Source: Vicugna vicugna (taxonomy: Eukaryota). Taken from it: 64,000 nucleotides of DNA. Shown one piece after another: positions 47,518-60,602 of this stretch (the stretch's first letter is position 1; the number at the start of each line of letters is the position of its first letter). The DNA is taken from contig MU058463.1 in the NCBI GenBank assembly GCA_013265495.1, forward strand, positions 2,813,523 to 2,877,522, in the 5' to 3' direction. Under the pieces are notes generated by a model. It was not told the origin of the DNA. It saw nothing but the letters and a program-made list of their open reading frames with translations, and ran no database searches. A program made the position numbers and the translations under genes.

Positions 47518-50500
47518 GCTTCCCCAACTCCACTCCAAATCCACGTGGGACTAGATGTGAACATGCAGAATGACTAGAGAACTGACTTGGCTTCCTCAGG
47601 ATAACTTTCAGGATTAAGTATCAACTACATGGAAAGTTGGGCCAGGGTCAGACTTTACCTCTGAATTGCAATGACAGGGTATTCACTTCAGAGAATTTTT
47701 GAAGACCGGGTGTCAATTCTCTTACAACCCTCCCTTTACTTTATTGGAGTCAGTAGCAATGCAGAACAAGTTAACAAAGAGTTAAGAAGTCTAGCCACAC
47801 TTTTAAAGACAAACCAAAATGGGGCAAAAACCATGTTTTGCTTGTTTTCCTGGGAAGAAACTCATTTCTTATTAACTTGCTTTCTGTACTTTGATGGTGT
47901 TAAAGTTCCCTTTCAGTTCTTAAGTTATGTGATTTTACAACTATTACCATCATTTTATTTTCTCGCCACTTTGGATAGAGTTTTTGCTGAGACACCACCA
48001 GGAGGTATGAACTGTCATTGTTAACCAACAGATGAAACTGCCACTATGTGTGTATTTGTTCAATATAACAAATAATTTTGTGAATTTCAAACATTTAGGG
48101 CTTTCTTTCTTTCTATACCATTGAATCCCCTAGAAAAAGTCTTCTTGGTCGAAATAAAATTTCTTTGCGATCACCTAAGAAATTGCTCATCTTCCTGAGT
48201 CTCTAATCCCCATGCCCTCCACAGCCATGGAGGGTGGGAAATGGAACACAGGATTTCAGTGGCTCTGAAGCCCTCATATTCTTTATTCAATCTGGACATT
48301 GACCAGAATAACCAGCTGGGAGACCCCAATATAAAGACTGCCTTGACAAACACTTTGCCTTTCCCTTCATTTATAGTTGAGGTTGAGCTGGTCAGTAAAG
48401 CTTTCCAAAGACCCTTTACCATAATACTCTTAGATAAGTGTTTGCGTTCTTTCCTCCTCCCCTATCAAAAGCAAGATCATTTTGGTTACCTTAAAAAAAA
48501 TGAAAAGGGTAGAAGGCAATTGGAGGCAGACCTTATCTTTTCTATCCCGGTATAGGTTTAAAAGATACGCACTCTGACCAAAATACATCATGGAAAATGC
48601 AAATATGTCCCACTTTTTCCTCCTGCTGTAGCTCTTGTGATGTGGGCTCAAGGAATCTTTTAGATGGGGTCCTGAAACCCTTGTGCTCTTGGCTTCTCCT
48701 GCCACGGCTATTTTGTTGAGCGTTTCGTGTCTTTTTTCTTTTTCTTTTTTTAGTAACAAATGAAATGAGACTGGGGCTCAGTTTTTTTCCTAAACATCCA
48801 TTGTTCTTACTGGATTCCTATGCTTGTGTTGACATTTATGAAAATGAGCCTTTGCAGATGCCAGTTAAAAGAGTAAAGTCAAGCAGCTGCACTAACAGGT
48901 ACATCCCGTGTCCTCCTCCCCTTTCCCACTGCATGTCCAGCCACCAAATACAGAAGTAGCTCTTTCCTCTACTTGTAATATTTACTTTATTTTACCTCAA
49001 AACATATGCAAATAAAGATTAATTGTACCCAGACTATGTAGATCATTTTTTAATTAGCAGAGTTCACTGTGCTTAGAGAATATGGTGATTAAATAGGACA
49101 GCAAAATGGCCAATCTGTCATAAAATTTATAAGTTCCTCAGCCCCCAAAATTTCAACTGAAGATGCTTTTATTCATTGGAACAACTCAGCCTCACAGTAA
49201 AAGACAAGAAGGCAACTAACGTGAGCTAAAGCCCCATATTTGCATTAGCATCAGTCAATAGAAGAAAACAACATAACGTATTTTTAATTACATTCAAGGT
49301 GTTCATCCTATTAATCTGAAAATTAAACATGCAAAAATGAATTCCATTGATGAAATATTACCTTCTGGTGTATTAGAAAAAGAAATAAAATCACTCTGGA
49401 TATAAAGCAATGTGTGGTGAACCCGTCTTATAAACTCTTGCATGGTGGTTTCCCGGGAAACCAAAACTCTGCAGATGTACAAACTAAAATGCAGATGTGT
49501 GCATCTCAAAGAACTAAATCCAGTTTTTATTCCTAATGAAGTCAATTCATTTTCCGAGTTTTACACAAAATACCGTGTCCCTCTAAACTGGAACAAAAAT
49601 CTGATCTCCTAAGCATGAACAATAATACCATTTGAAAATTAACATTTATTCAATCAAATTTGATTTTTAAACCCATATAATATATGATCTCCATAGACTG
49701 GCAACTAGTAAACCACTAGGTAACCTTGTTCTTTGGTATCTCACCAGGGGCCCTGCTGAATCATCGCCTTCCAGGTTGTGTGCCAACTCTGGAACAAACA
49801 CAAATGTATATTTCCTTTCCAAATGCCCCACTTCTGCCAGGAAACTAACAGATGCACCAACAAATGTTGCAAGTCTGCCTATTAAACATGGAGCTCATTG
49901 AATTTCTATTGCATTTCTCCAGCACAAGTGCATTTGGGGCAAAGAAAGAAATTAAAATGAAGTCAGGTGTCATTCAAGAAAATTACAGTCCCACGGAGGA
50001 TAGTTTTGAGTTGCAGCTTTGAGTTGCCATGCTGTGCCTTTCACAGCTGCCTACAGTTCTTGTCATTAATAATCAGTAAATAAGATCTGCAGGTGGGCCT
50101 GGAAGGCACCCCGAGCCAAGAAGATGGTAGTTAGGGCTTCTGTCTCTAAGATGGGTGGCCAGGCTCATTTGCACAACCCAGCTTATGTTTCCACACAAAA
50201 GTGCAACCCTACTTAGCATAGCTTCAGGGAAGCTGCCACAATATAGGGAATGCTAATTACTGTAACCAACTGGCAACGATGCATCCAAAATTAAATGGCC
50301 TGTGACTGAACAGATGAACAATTTTTATGGCCCAAAGATCAGGGAACAGGGATAGTTTGTTAAATTAACTGACAGCCTCTTTGGTCTAAGTAGGTGAGTT
50401 GAAGTCATTTGAAAGCCGCGTTTGCACGCAGTTACATACCGGTGTCTCTCCTGCGTAAGTACAGTTCCCCCTGCAGTTTTATGTGGGAGTAGGGCTACAT

Positions 50501-50884
50501 TTAGTACATAAAACTCAAAAAGTTCCCCAGTTCAGTTCATAAATGACCAGGAGAAGCTATTCTAAATCCCTACGGGATTGATTTTTCACACACAAAAGTC
50601 TGATCATCTTTAAACTCACCTGAAACTAATTCAAATAGTTGCATAGAGAACTCTACAGAACCCTGCATGAACAAAAGCTTTTAACTGCTAATTTCCAACA
50701 TTGATCACACTTAGAAACCAAGCCGATTCACTAGCATATCACAAGTTGCTGTTATTATAAGTTCATTCCCAACTGTTAATGCAAATCTAAAAGTCTTCCT
50801 GGAAAACAAATACAGAGCTGAGAGCATAGCCTCTAAAATTTCCGAAGTATTGCTTTCAACAATTTTCCATATCGCAGCTGAAGC

Positions 50885-51137
50885 TAGGATTTCTCAGCTT
50901 CAGCACCATTGACATTTTGAGCTGGAGAATTATTTGTTCCTTAGGGTGGGAAAGTAGGGGGCATTGGGGGTGGTGCTAAACGGACTGTCCTGGACATTGT
51001 AATATGTTTACCAGCATCCCCAACCTCTACCCAATAGATACCAGTAGCAACACCTCCTCCCGAATTGTGACAATCAAAAATATCTCAGGCACTGCCAAAC
51101 TGATGAATAAAATCCTCCCGTTAATTGAGAATCACTG
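50885..51137. mobile_element. MER20 hAT-Charlie
   Basis: tttctcagcttcagcaccattgacattttg...cagcatccccaacctctaccca...tgtgacaatcaaaaatatctc...ttgagaatcactg. Confidence 0.88.
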
Positions 51138-51144
51138 GCCAACA

Positions 51145-52210
51145 GTTCAACAAATATTTATTGAATCATTATACCAGACTCTGCGCAAGGTGAGGGATGG
51201 GGTTAGGGATAGGTTGAGAAATAATCTGTGTAGATCACAATACAGTTGTGACCTGGAGGAGAGTGCAGTTTTACAAGAGAGACAGGCACATAAACGGAAC
51301 GTTTCAACAATATATGATAAGGGTTAAAATAGAGTGTGTACAGGGTGCTCTGGGAATACAGGGGCGAGGCGAATAACTCCTGAAGGTTCCAATGAGATTT
51401 TCTCGAGGAGAGTCTGAACTGGGGCTTGAAGAATAAGTTAAAGTTGGCCAAGTAAAGAAAGATGGAAAGAACACAGAAGACACAAAAAAGACTCACAGGC
51501 ATGAAACAGCAGGGTGTGTGTGAGGTTCTGCATCCATTTCTAAGCAGTTCTATCCATTGACACTACAATTTTTAAATGCACCTCAAAAAAAGAAAGGCAA
51601 AAATACGGAGAGGAAGGAGCATGGCATGTTTTTTGATGTTCCAAGAAAGTTCTTTCTAATCATTCATTCAATAAATATTAATTTACTACCAACCAGCAAT
51701 TCAAAGACATATACCAGACCCCTTGTCACCTGGATGCTCACCATTTGGTGACATATGAGAAGTACAGGTATGACTCAGATCAAACTACAACTCTCTGTGT
51801 TACTCCAGCCTCTAGAAACTTCTCTTCGTATACTGAATTTCACCAGGAAATATTAGAAGCACCAGATTTCCATGACAGTCTTAGGGGAGAATGTGAAGAA
51901 GTTGAAGACATACAGCCTACAAGAAACATACAGTTTGGTTGGGAAGATAAAACTCATGAAAAGATAACGAATCATACAAGTTATAAAAAGTATCGAAAGG
52001 AGGTACAGACTCAGAGTAGCGGAAGAGGCAGAAATTATGGTAGATTTCCACGGCAGGCAAGAACTTGAGAAAGACATGGAATTTGTTTTGACCTTAAATT
52101 TAGGGTAGTATTAAAATCATAGAAAGAAGAAAACATTTTAGACAAAGGCAAAAAATGGCAAGCATAATGAAAAGATTTTGGCCCATGGCTGGCCCTGTAA
52201 GGATGCCGAG
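51145..52210 (-). mobile_element. L2 fragments (at least two)
   Basis: ttcaacaaatatttattga, tctgaactggggcttgaagaataagt and cattcattcaataaatatt motifs. Confidence 0.6.
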
Positions 52211-53094
52211 GAGACATCTGGGGAAAGCAATGAGTTCCTACAGGAAGGAAGAATTAAAAGTCGACCATAGCAAAATGTGAAGGACCCTCAAGCTGGAGGA
52301 TGAGGGTAGTGGAAGACAGGCATGAAGTTAGACGGCAGTTGGCATTTGTGTCTGTCACTGAAAGATGTGTCTGTCACTGTTGACAATAGTTAGGGGGAAA
52401 TATAATGGCAAGGAGGTGGGAAAGTATAGTGTATATCCAATATGGCTGCAAAGTTCTATTGGCTTTGGGTATCTCATTTTGTGAATGAAGGGATGTCTTT
52501 CTTGCCCTGCGGATTTTTTATACTTCATGATAAACACCGTTACTGTTTTAGCGTTGTGCTAACATGTTCATTGCCATAAACAATTACAAGAAAGTTTGTA
52601 TTTTGTTAGAAAACATTTAAAAAGCCATGCTTTTTTAACATGTATCATACCTCTGCAGCCAAATGCCAAACCTCTAGGAAATGACTTCTGCTGTTCTTCT
52701 CCACGCCTTCAGACTTCAATAAAATGACATCCACTTTTCTCAGCCCCACAGAATAGGCAGTAAATAATGCCTCCCAACCACAGAAGCCTCTGCCCCATAC
52801 CTCTTAGGGACTCTGTTGCCTGCAGCCAATAGAGTTAGGTACATTCCTGCCTAGAGCAGGTAATAAGCCAGCCCTGCTAGTTAGCATCCTGCAAGTTAAC
52901 TCCTTCTCTCCCAGAGGCAGGTCTGGGAACCTCCTCCTGTTTTCATTACACTTTCTTTAGAAGCACATAATTTTGATTGTAAACAGCATGGAATTTGATA
53001 TAAATTCTGCCTTTCTATGATCCTTTTTCCCCAGCACAGACGCCAGTATTCATATTATATGACTGACCAAACATACAAGAAAAGACATCTCTGC

Positions 53095-53240
53095 CCATGG
53101 TTCTCAAATTTGTGTGTAAATGAAAATCACATAGGGACTCACAGCCTAGAAATTCTGATTCAGTAAGTATATGGTTGGAAACAAATATCTGCGTTTACTT
53201 AGATCGTTTTGATTTTTAGAAAGGTTTTAGAGGAACATGG
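53095..53240. mobile_element. MER5A-like fragment
   Basis: catggttctcaaattt...aaattctgattcagtaagt...atctgcgttt. Confidence 0.6.
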
Positions 53241-53809
53241 AATATGTTTATTAAACGCTATTCTAGATATCTTTCTGGAATTAAGTCCGTTGTTTTTAGC
53301 TTTGACTTTCTATCCTCTCCAAAGAAATAAATGTTGCCTCCGAAGTGTCTGGGTGATGACGAAAATGTGTTAGGAGTGGTCAGTACTTTAAAGTCACTGG
53401 AGGTATCCTCAAGGAAATCTACAAGCGCAAGTCACAGGCTTAGAATCACATCTTCCCTTCCCACATAAATCACATTTTCAAAGGATGCAAGGGACACTGT
53501 GAAAACACCTGTCAAGGAATCTGCTTTTAGTGAATAGAAGAGAAAATCCTTCCAAATCCTTTGGAGTGGGTTGAATGCCAGTCTTGGGTGAACTTCAGAT
53601 CTGTTGATAGTTTCCATAAAACTTCCACCTTACCTGAACTTTTCTTCTACTCCTCTATTCTTTGCCACAGAAACCATGGAGTCACAAGCGTATAGAAGGA
53701 GAAGTGCCTGGATTAAAGATGGGAACAATTTGACATGGCCATGACAAGGTGGGCCAAAAGAATCTGCCTCACTCCTGGACTCAAAGTGTTGGGAGAAAGA
53801 GAAAACAAA

Positions 53810-54260
53810 CCTTCATCAAAATTAAAACATTTTTCTCTTAAAAGATACTGTTAAGGAAATAAAAAGAGAAGCTACAAACTGGGAAAAAATATTTGCAAAG
53901 AAAAAAAATCTCTGACCACAGACTTGTACCTAGACCTTACAAAGAACTTTTGCAACTAAAAAAAGAAGACAAGCATCCAGTCTTAAAAATGGTCCATAGA
54001 TTTGAGCAGACATGTCACCAAAGAAGATATACGATGGTGACTAAGGATATGAAGAGATCCTTTAGGGAAATGCAAATTAATACCATAACAGATATCACAA
54101 TGACTAAACTTATAAAAACCTAACCTACCAGCTTCTGGAGAAGATGTGGAGCAACTGGAATTCTCACGCACTGCTTGGGGGAGTGAAAAATAACAAACCA
54201 CCTTGGTAAACATTTTGCCAGTTTCTGAAATACAAACATACAAACTACAGTCTGACAATT
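53810..54260 (+). mobile_element. old L1 ORF2 C-terminal fragment
   Basis: cttcatcaaaattaaaac...aactgggaaaaaatatttgcaa...ttagggaaatgcaaattaatacc...gatgtggagcaactggaattctc. Confidence 0.85.
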
Positions 54261-54269
54261 GCAGGAAGG

Positions 54270-54660
54270 TTGCTGTGTAGGTAGCAATGGCGTGCGAGAC
54301 CTAAGAAACACAAAACAGAGTCTCCTGATCTCCTTTTGAAGTAAAGATACGGCTGGTATTTTCCCTTCCTGGGCGAGGGAAATGCAGTTAGTCAACCAGC
54401 AGAAAAGGACCTGCCTTCAAATGTGTGTCTCAGGCCTGCCCTGCAAGCCTGATGCCCGAGTACCGAGCCTTGCAGATTTCACCACTTCTCCGGGGGTCCC
54501 CAGCAGCCTGTCGCCTATTGCTAGCAGCAGCCGGCCGGCGGGGGCTGTCAGTGGCAGCTGTTTCCCAGCTGTTTACAGCAGAGCTACATTGCTTCAGGCT
54601 GAGCTTCTGTACTTTGTCCAACCACCTGGTCTGACTTCCTCCACCTATCTTCTATAAATC
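54270..54660. promoter_or_regulatory. putative enhancer (CpG-retaining; E-box, Forkhead and TALE motifs)
   Basis: ggggctgtcagtggCAGCTGtttccCAGCTGTTTACagc at ~54541-54579; locally GC/CpG-rich. Confidence 0.4.
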
Positions 54661-54959
54661 TAATGCTGATTGTTTAAGTTTTGATGCTTTGGGGAATGCC
54701 ATAAAGGCTGGTATTCTCCTTAAGAGATGAATTACAGTTTTTTGGCCCCCAGAGTGGTGCTAAGCACTCTTCTTGGCCTAAACTTGTCATAAGATTAGGT
54801 CACACATCCCAGGAGGCATATCTGGCCCCTAACTCTGCATTTCTGGATTGATTTCAGAGCTTCCTGAACCCTTGGATTCACTCTGGGGGCATTCCTGTTT
54901 ACTTTCTTGTTCTAAGGGAGTATGTCTTTTTATTTCCAAAAGGACCCTGCTAAGAGCAA

Positions 54960-55720
54960 ATGCTGTAGTCTCACTCATTCTCATCCTCATCCTCATCTAT
55001 CAAGACTTTCCCTTAGCAAGTTCAACCATTCTTCTAAGCCCAAACCAAGTCACTCCTGTGCCAGGAAATCTTTCATTATTCTAGCCTATAGAAATTCATC
55101 TCTCTCACTCATGACTGTATGCATCATGTATAATAGTTTGCCTTTTTATTCCATAATCCAATCCATTTTATACACTGTTGATAGGTTGGATTTTCTGAAG
55201 CATAACTCTGATCACATGCTCCTTTGCTCAGAAATTTCCATTGGCTCCCAAGAGCTTACAAAGCAAAGTCCAAAGCCATGGGACCCGCTACCATTGGCCT
55301 CAGCCCATCCAAGTCGTCTCTTTACTGCTATCCTTACCCAACTCATTTATGCTCCAGCTAAACTGTGGGCTGTTCCTTAATGCTTTTCTATTTCCATAGC
55401 TTATGCTAACACCCCTACCTAGAATACCCTTCCCCCTACTTCATATGTCTATATATGACAAGCTGAAATGCTGTTTTCCTATGAAGTCTGCTCTTTTACC
55501 CACTTAATAATCTTCCACACCAATTCCTATTGCTGCATATTACAATCTCTCTTAAGACTCTTGTCATTTTATTCCTTCTTAGGAGTTACTTGTGTATAAG
55601 TATCCTCCCCCTGCTGAACTACAAGTTTTTTAAGAATATGTAGGGTCCATACTCCATTTATCTTTGTTCATAGTGTCTTGAGTATACAGTAAGAGATTAA
55701 TAACAATTTTTTTCCAAGAC
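54960..55720 (+). mobile_element. L2 fragment
   Basis: tccaatccattttatacactg...aactctgatcacatgctcc...tttccattggctccc...cctacctagaataccctt. Confidence 0.7.
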
Positions 55721-56084
55721 AAGGTCAATTTTGTCCTCCAGACAGAGACAGCTGGACCAGAGTTTGTAAGAAATATGAGTGTTTGTCCCAGTGTCTGCTA
55801 GTTCTGAGTTCTAGGGTAAACCACTTAGCTTTAGTGTCCACAAACATAAAAGTGAAAAAAATAGTATCTTTCCAGTCTGCTCACTGGGCCTAAATAGTGT
55901 CAGAGACACAATTATGAGGATGCCTGACTCTCAGTCTTGTGCTATTTCTATTAAACCATGTATAATAGACACTCAGAAATACTTGCTGAACCAAATAGAT
56001 TCTGTGACATTTGACTTAAAATTCAAAAGTCACTATAGATTGAGGTTCCCTTTAGAACTTACATGGCTGAGAAAACAGAATTGA

Positions 56085-56435
56085 AACACTGGTTAGGAGC
56101 ACACGCTCCATGTCCCACCCCACAGTACATGTTCTATTTTGATCAAGGTCTCAGAACATCTCTGAGCCCCCACCAAAATGTAATCTCTAAGAGGGTGAGG
56201 ACTTTGTGTCTGTTTTATTCATTGCTGTGTACCTCAACCTAGATCAGCGCCTGGCAGTTAGTATGAGTTCAGTATGCATTTGTGAAATGAATGAATGCAC
56301 CTCAGTTTTCTCAAAAGTGAAATAGTAACAATCTCATAGGGTCGTCCTGAGAATTAAATGAACAGAAGCACTTAAAGCTCTTGTTGAAAGTGACTGGAGT
56401 CCAGTAAGTGGAGTCCAGTAAGCTGGCCATTATTC
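56085..56435 (+). mobile_element. MIR interrupted by an L2 3' end (56169-56299)
   Basis: MIR core split as tctctgagcc|...|cctcagttttctca. The insert has the L2 end aatgtaatctctaagagggtgaggactttg...tgaaatgaatgaatg. Confidence 0.7.
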
Positions 56436-57384
56436 CTATCCTGAAAACAAATCTCTCATCATCCCTGCTCACTGGGGCTGTGGGCGAGGAGAGGGCTGTC
56501 TAACCTGAACACCCAGTCTCAGTTACTGTGGATTGCAAATCTAGAGAGAATTAGGAAGCACATTCTGGTAAATGTTGACTGCCCAGACACGCCCCTGCCA
56601 ATCCAAGCATCATCACTGAAGATCAGAACTTGGAACAAGTACAGACAGAGCTAGAGGACAAAAACATGAGAACTAAGCATTAAATGAGAACAAAAAGGGC
56701 TTGATAGTGCTGTACAATGATATTAGATGTCAATTTATTTTATAAACCAAAGAAACACCTTTTTCCTACCAAATGCCTCAAAAATTTAATGTAAAATCAA
56801 TCATATAAATAAGATACCAGTAGGGTTTTTAGGTTATAGTCTTTTCACATTACAGTGATGTTTTATTAAATGCCACATTTACAGCTGCAGTTGAAGACCA
56901 GTTATGAAATTAAATGTGCATGCTAGCCACTTTTTCACCAATTTTTACACCAAGAAAATTAAAACACAGTTAATTAACTATTTTGGGGAATTGAGAGCAA
57001 CAGTGTATAACACAGAGGGATAACCAAGATTTTAAATAATATAATAAAGTATAATTAAGAATATTGACCTTGACATAATTTAATATCCCCTTGAGGATCC
57101 CAGAGGCATCCCAAGATTCTTCAGAGTCACAGAATCATCATTAAGAATTTCAGCTATAATTCTGTAGTATTGATACTGATTATCTGAGCTTCCTGGTTGT
57201 TTAAATTCAGTATGAGATGTTAGTCATATAGGTATATGAAGGGAAGTGTGTATGGTGCCGGGGTTGTGTATACATATACAGCATGTATACAATTTGCATA
57301 CAAAAAGTATACATTTCCTTCCTGCTTTCCTTTCCTTTTCTAGAACATTGCCTACATTTTCCCCTAAAAAGCATAGAATATTCT

Positions 57385-57753
57385 TTTTTTTTTTCTTAAT
57401 TGAAGTACAGCAGACATAAAATGTTGTGTTTGTTTCTGGTGTACAGCATAGTGAATCAAAACTACAATGAGGTATCAACTCACACCAGTCAGAATGGCCA
57501 TCATTAAAAAGACCACAAGTAATAAATGCTGGAGAGGCTATCGAGAAAAGGGAACCCTCCTACACTGTTGGTGGGAATGTAGTTTGGTGCAGCCACTACA
57601 GAAAACAGTATGGAGATTCCTTAAAAAAACTAAAAATAGACTTACCCTATGATCCATCAATCCCATTCCTGGACACAGATATGGAGGAAACTCTAATTTG
57701 AAAAGACACAGGCACCCCAACATGCATAGAAGCACTATTTACAATAGCCAACA
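57385..57753 (-). mobile_element. 5'-inverted (twin-primed) short L1 insertion
   Basis: PolyT and reverse 3' terminus at 57385-57454, then forward ORF2 segment ([15 protein letters not shown]) to 57753. TSD CA(T/C)AGAATATTCT at 57372-57384 and 57754-57766. Confidence 0.9.
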
Positions 57754-58779
57754 CACAGAATATTCTAATAAAATATTTTCACCAGTTAAAAAAGGGCTTT
57801 ATGTAGTAATTAAAAAATTTTCCACTTGGCACGTGCTTTGACTCCTAAAGACTTGTGCTTTTACACTTTTAACAGTTTATTTTAAAACAGTGATGTTTTG
57901 TCTCTTGCAGATCTATACAAATAATGGTTAAATGACTAAATAATGACAGATCCATTCAAACATCAATGAATTAAAAATTTATTTTTAACAGTATCCTGTT
58001 ACCATTCAACAAGGCTGAGTCTTCTGGTGATTATCTGTCTACTCTCCATTGGCTGCATTGGTCTCTCAAATCTATATAAATATTCTAAAAGTGACCTCTC
58101 CTAGTTCATTAATCTTTTAGGTATATATTTAAATCAATAGACAAGAGCCCTTCATGGAGAGGTTTGCTGACTGAAATGTGTCAAGATATATTTTGCTTTT
58201 CCAAAATAAATTCCTGCAGCAACAACAATTAAAAATAAACCTGATTTTAATTAGGAAAACTTTTCCCACAACTTACTTACTGATGACAAATATAAACCTA
58301 AGAGTTTGGAAAGTGTTCATTCTTCCAGGCAGAGAGCGCCTGTGTTAAGCCCACCATGCTGAGTCTTGAACAAAATTTAAAAATTAAAATTATAATTCAG
58401 TAATTGGTAATATTCCACTCCTTACCTTGTTGTTCAAGCTAGAAGTCCTGGAACATTCTTGACACCCCTTTCCCCACCCAACAGCCAAACTATTGCACAC
58501 ATCCTGAGAACAGAAGGCTCTTTCTCACCCAACCAGTTCCTCCCCACTCGAGGTTCCCACTGTTCTGAGGGGCCTTATCATCCCCTCTGGCTTCTGGATA
58601 TTCTAACTATCCTTTCCTGGGGATGCAAAAACTTTCTGACCCCCTACTCTGAAAAGACTTTCTCCTCAAGGTCCCTGCAGCACCGTGCAGACCTCACGCC
58701 TGGTCCAGAGTAAGTTCTCCACGAGTGGTGGTTATTATGGCTCTATTAGCCAACTACATGTGATCAAGTTTTAAATGTG

Positions 58780-58910
58780 TCAATAATCCCAGAGTGATTC
58801 AAGCTCCTTGAGGGCAGATACCAGGTCTCACTCAGTGTAATAGCCTCCAGGTATAATACATGTCTTCTGGAACACAATGCATCCTTGATAAATGATTATT
58901 GAATGAACAG
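58780..58910 (+). mobile_element. L2 3' end
   Basis: aagctccttgagggcagatacc...ataaatgattattgaatgaa. Confidence 0.65.
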
Positions 58911-59332
58911 CCACTGGAAGTAAGTTCCAGAAGTACAGAAATGGTGGGTGTTATCATTCAAAGTCTGTAACTGCAGAAAAAGAGGTAGGAGATTTGTGTG
59001 AGGTACTAGAGGATGGTGGCCATGAGAGCTGGGGCTGGACACAGTAGGATCTCAATACATTTCTATGAAATTGAATTGAATTTAGGTTTTCATGTGGATT
59101 TTCTTTGAATTTAGTTCATTACAAATATAACCTAAGTAGCATATCCACTAAAATACATGGCATAATGATGAGTGCTTTGAAGAACTTTTTTAACATTAAA
59201 ACTTTTATGGTTATGAAAGTAATACTTTTATAACTTAAGAGAAGTACAAATAAGAAGTATCATAAATAAGAAAACAGTCTAAATAAACGTAAGTAATAAA
59301 AATATACAAATAAGTATAAGTAACAAAAAATA

Positions 59333-59713
59333 TGTCTTAGTTCAGGTTGCCAAAACAAAATACTATTAGACCGTGTCGTTTAAACAACAGAAATTTATTT
59401 TCTCAGAGTTCTGAGGCTGGATGTCCTAGATCAGGTGCCACCCTGGTTGAGCTCTAGTGAGAGTTGTCTTCCTGGCTTGCAAACAGCCTCTGTCATGCTG
59501 TGTTCCCACTTGAAGGGTGAGGGTAATGAGAGAGAGAGAGAGAAATGTAGATCTTCCTCTTTTTATGAGGCCATAGTCATATCAGATTAGGGCCCCATCT
59601 TTAGAATCTCACTTAAACTTAATTATCTCCTAAAGACCTTGTCTCCAGATACAGTCATAGTGAGAGTTAGGGTTTTAACTTATGAATTTTGGGGAGATAC
59701 ACAGTGCAGAGCA
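59333..59713 (-). mobile_element. MLT1A/MLT1A0 MaLR LTR
   Basis: tgtcttagttcaggttgcc...aaacaacagaaatttattttctcagagttctgaggctgg...ttagggttttaacttatgaattttgggg. Confidence 0.88.
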
Positions 59714-59744
59714 AACATTATAAATAAAAATAATCTCCCAAAGT

Positions 59745-60135
59745 TATCATATTGGGAGAGACTAGGTTATGCTATGGTAACACATCTTAGTCACTTATGA
59801 TAATAAAAGTTTAGTTTTTATCAGACTATCTGCCTGATATTTGACTCTATCAAGAGTCAGCCAGGGCTATTTTCCTTTCTTCACTCTGGTACTGAAACCA
59901 GTGGAGCAGAAACTATCTCAAACGTTACTGGTTACCACGGTAGAAAGAAAGAGCATCTTGACCTTCAACAGGCAATGAAAAGCTCCAGCCAAGAAGTCAC
60001 CACACTAATTGTACTTGCATCCTATTTGCCAAACTAGACCCAGAGCCCCACCACAGAAAGAAGAGCCAGGCAGGACAGACCAATCACACCTCAGGAAGCA
60101 GGGAATTAGACATCACTGTCAACAGTATTCATGGC
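59745..60135 (-). mobile_element. old MaLR LTR (MLT1I/J-like)
   Basis: ctaggttatgctatggtaaca...cttagtcactta...gaagtcaccacac...atttgccaaactag. Confidence 0.5.
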
Positions 60136-60138
60136 TAC

Positions 60139-60602
60139 TGTTACGGGTTGAATTGGGTCCCCCCAAAATTTGTATGCTGAAGTCCTAACCCCATTTCCTC
60201 AGAATATGACCTTCCACAGAGAGAAGGTCTTCACGGGTATAATTCATTAAATTAAGGTGAGGTCCTACTGAAGTAGAAAAGCCTCTATTCCAGTATGACT
60301 GTTGCCCTGATGGGGAAACTTGGATGCAGACTGCACTCTGGGAGAAGGCCAAGTGACTATGAAGGCAGAGACCAGAAGAATGCTTCTACAAGCCAAGGCC
60401 CACCAAAGATGGCCAGAAAACCACCAGAAGTGAGGGCAGAGCACAGAACAAATTCTTCCTCACAGCCCTCAGAAAAAAATCAACCCTTCCAATACCTTGA
60501 CCTCAGATTTCTAGACTCCAGAACTGTGAGACAATACATCTGTATTCTTTAAGCCACCTAGTTTATGGTACTTTGTTGTGGCAGCCTTTGCAAACAAATA
60601 CA
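60139..60602 (+). mobile_element. MLT1B/C MaLR solo LTR
   Basis: TGttacgggttgaatt...gcaaacaaataCA, with 5-bp TSD GCTAC/GCTAT. Confidence 0.9.

Noticed and set aside
54922..55380. 152-aa ORF
   Set aside because: Lies in decayed L2 sequence and has no recognisable domain.
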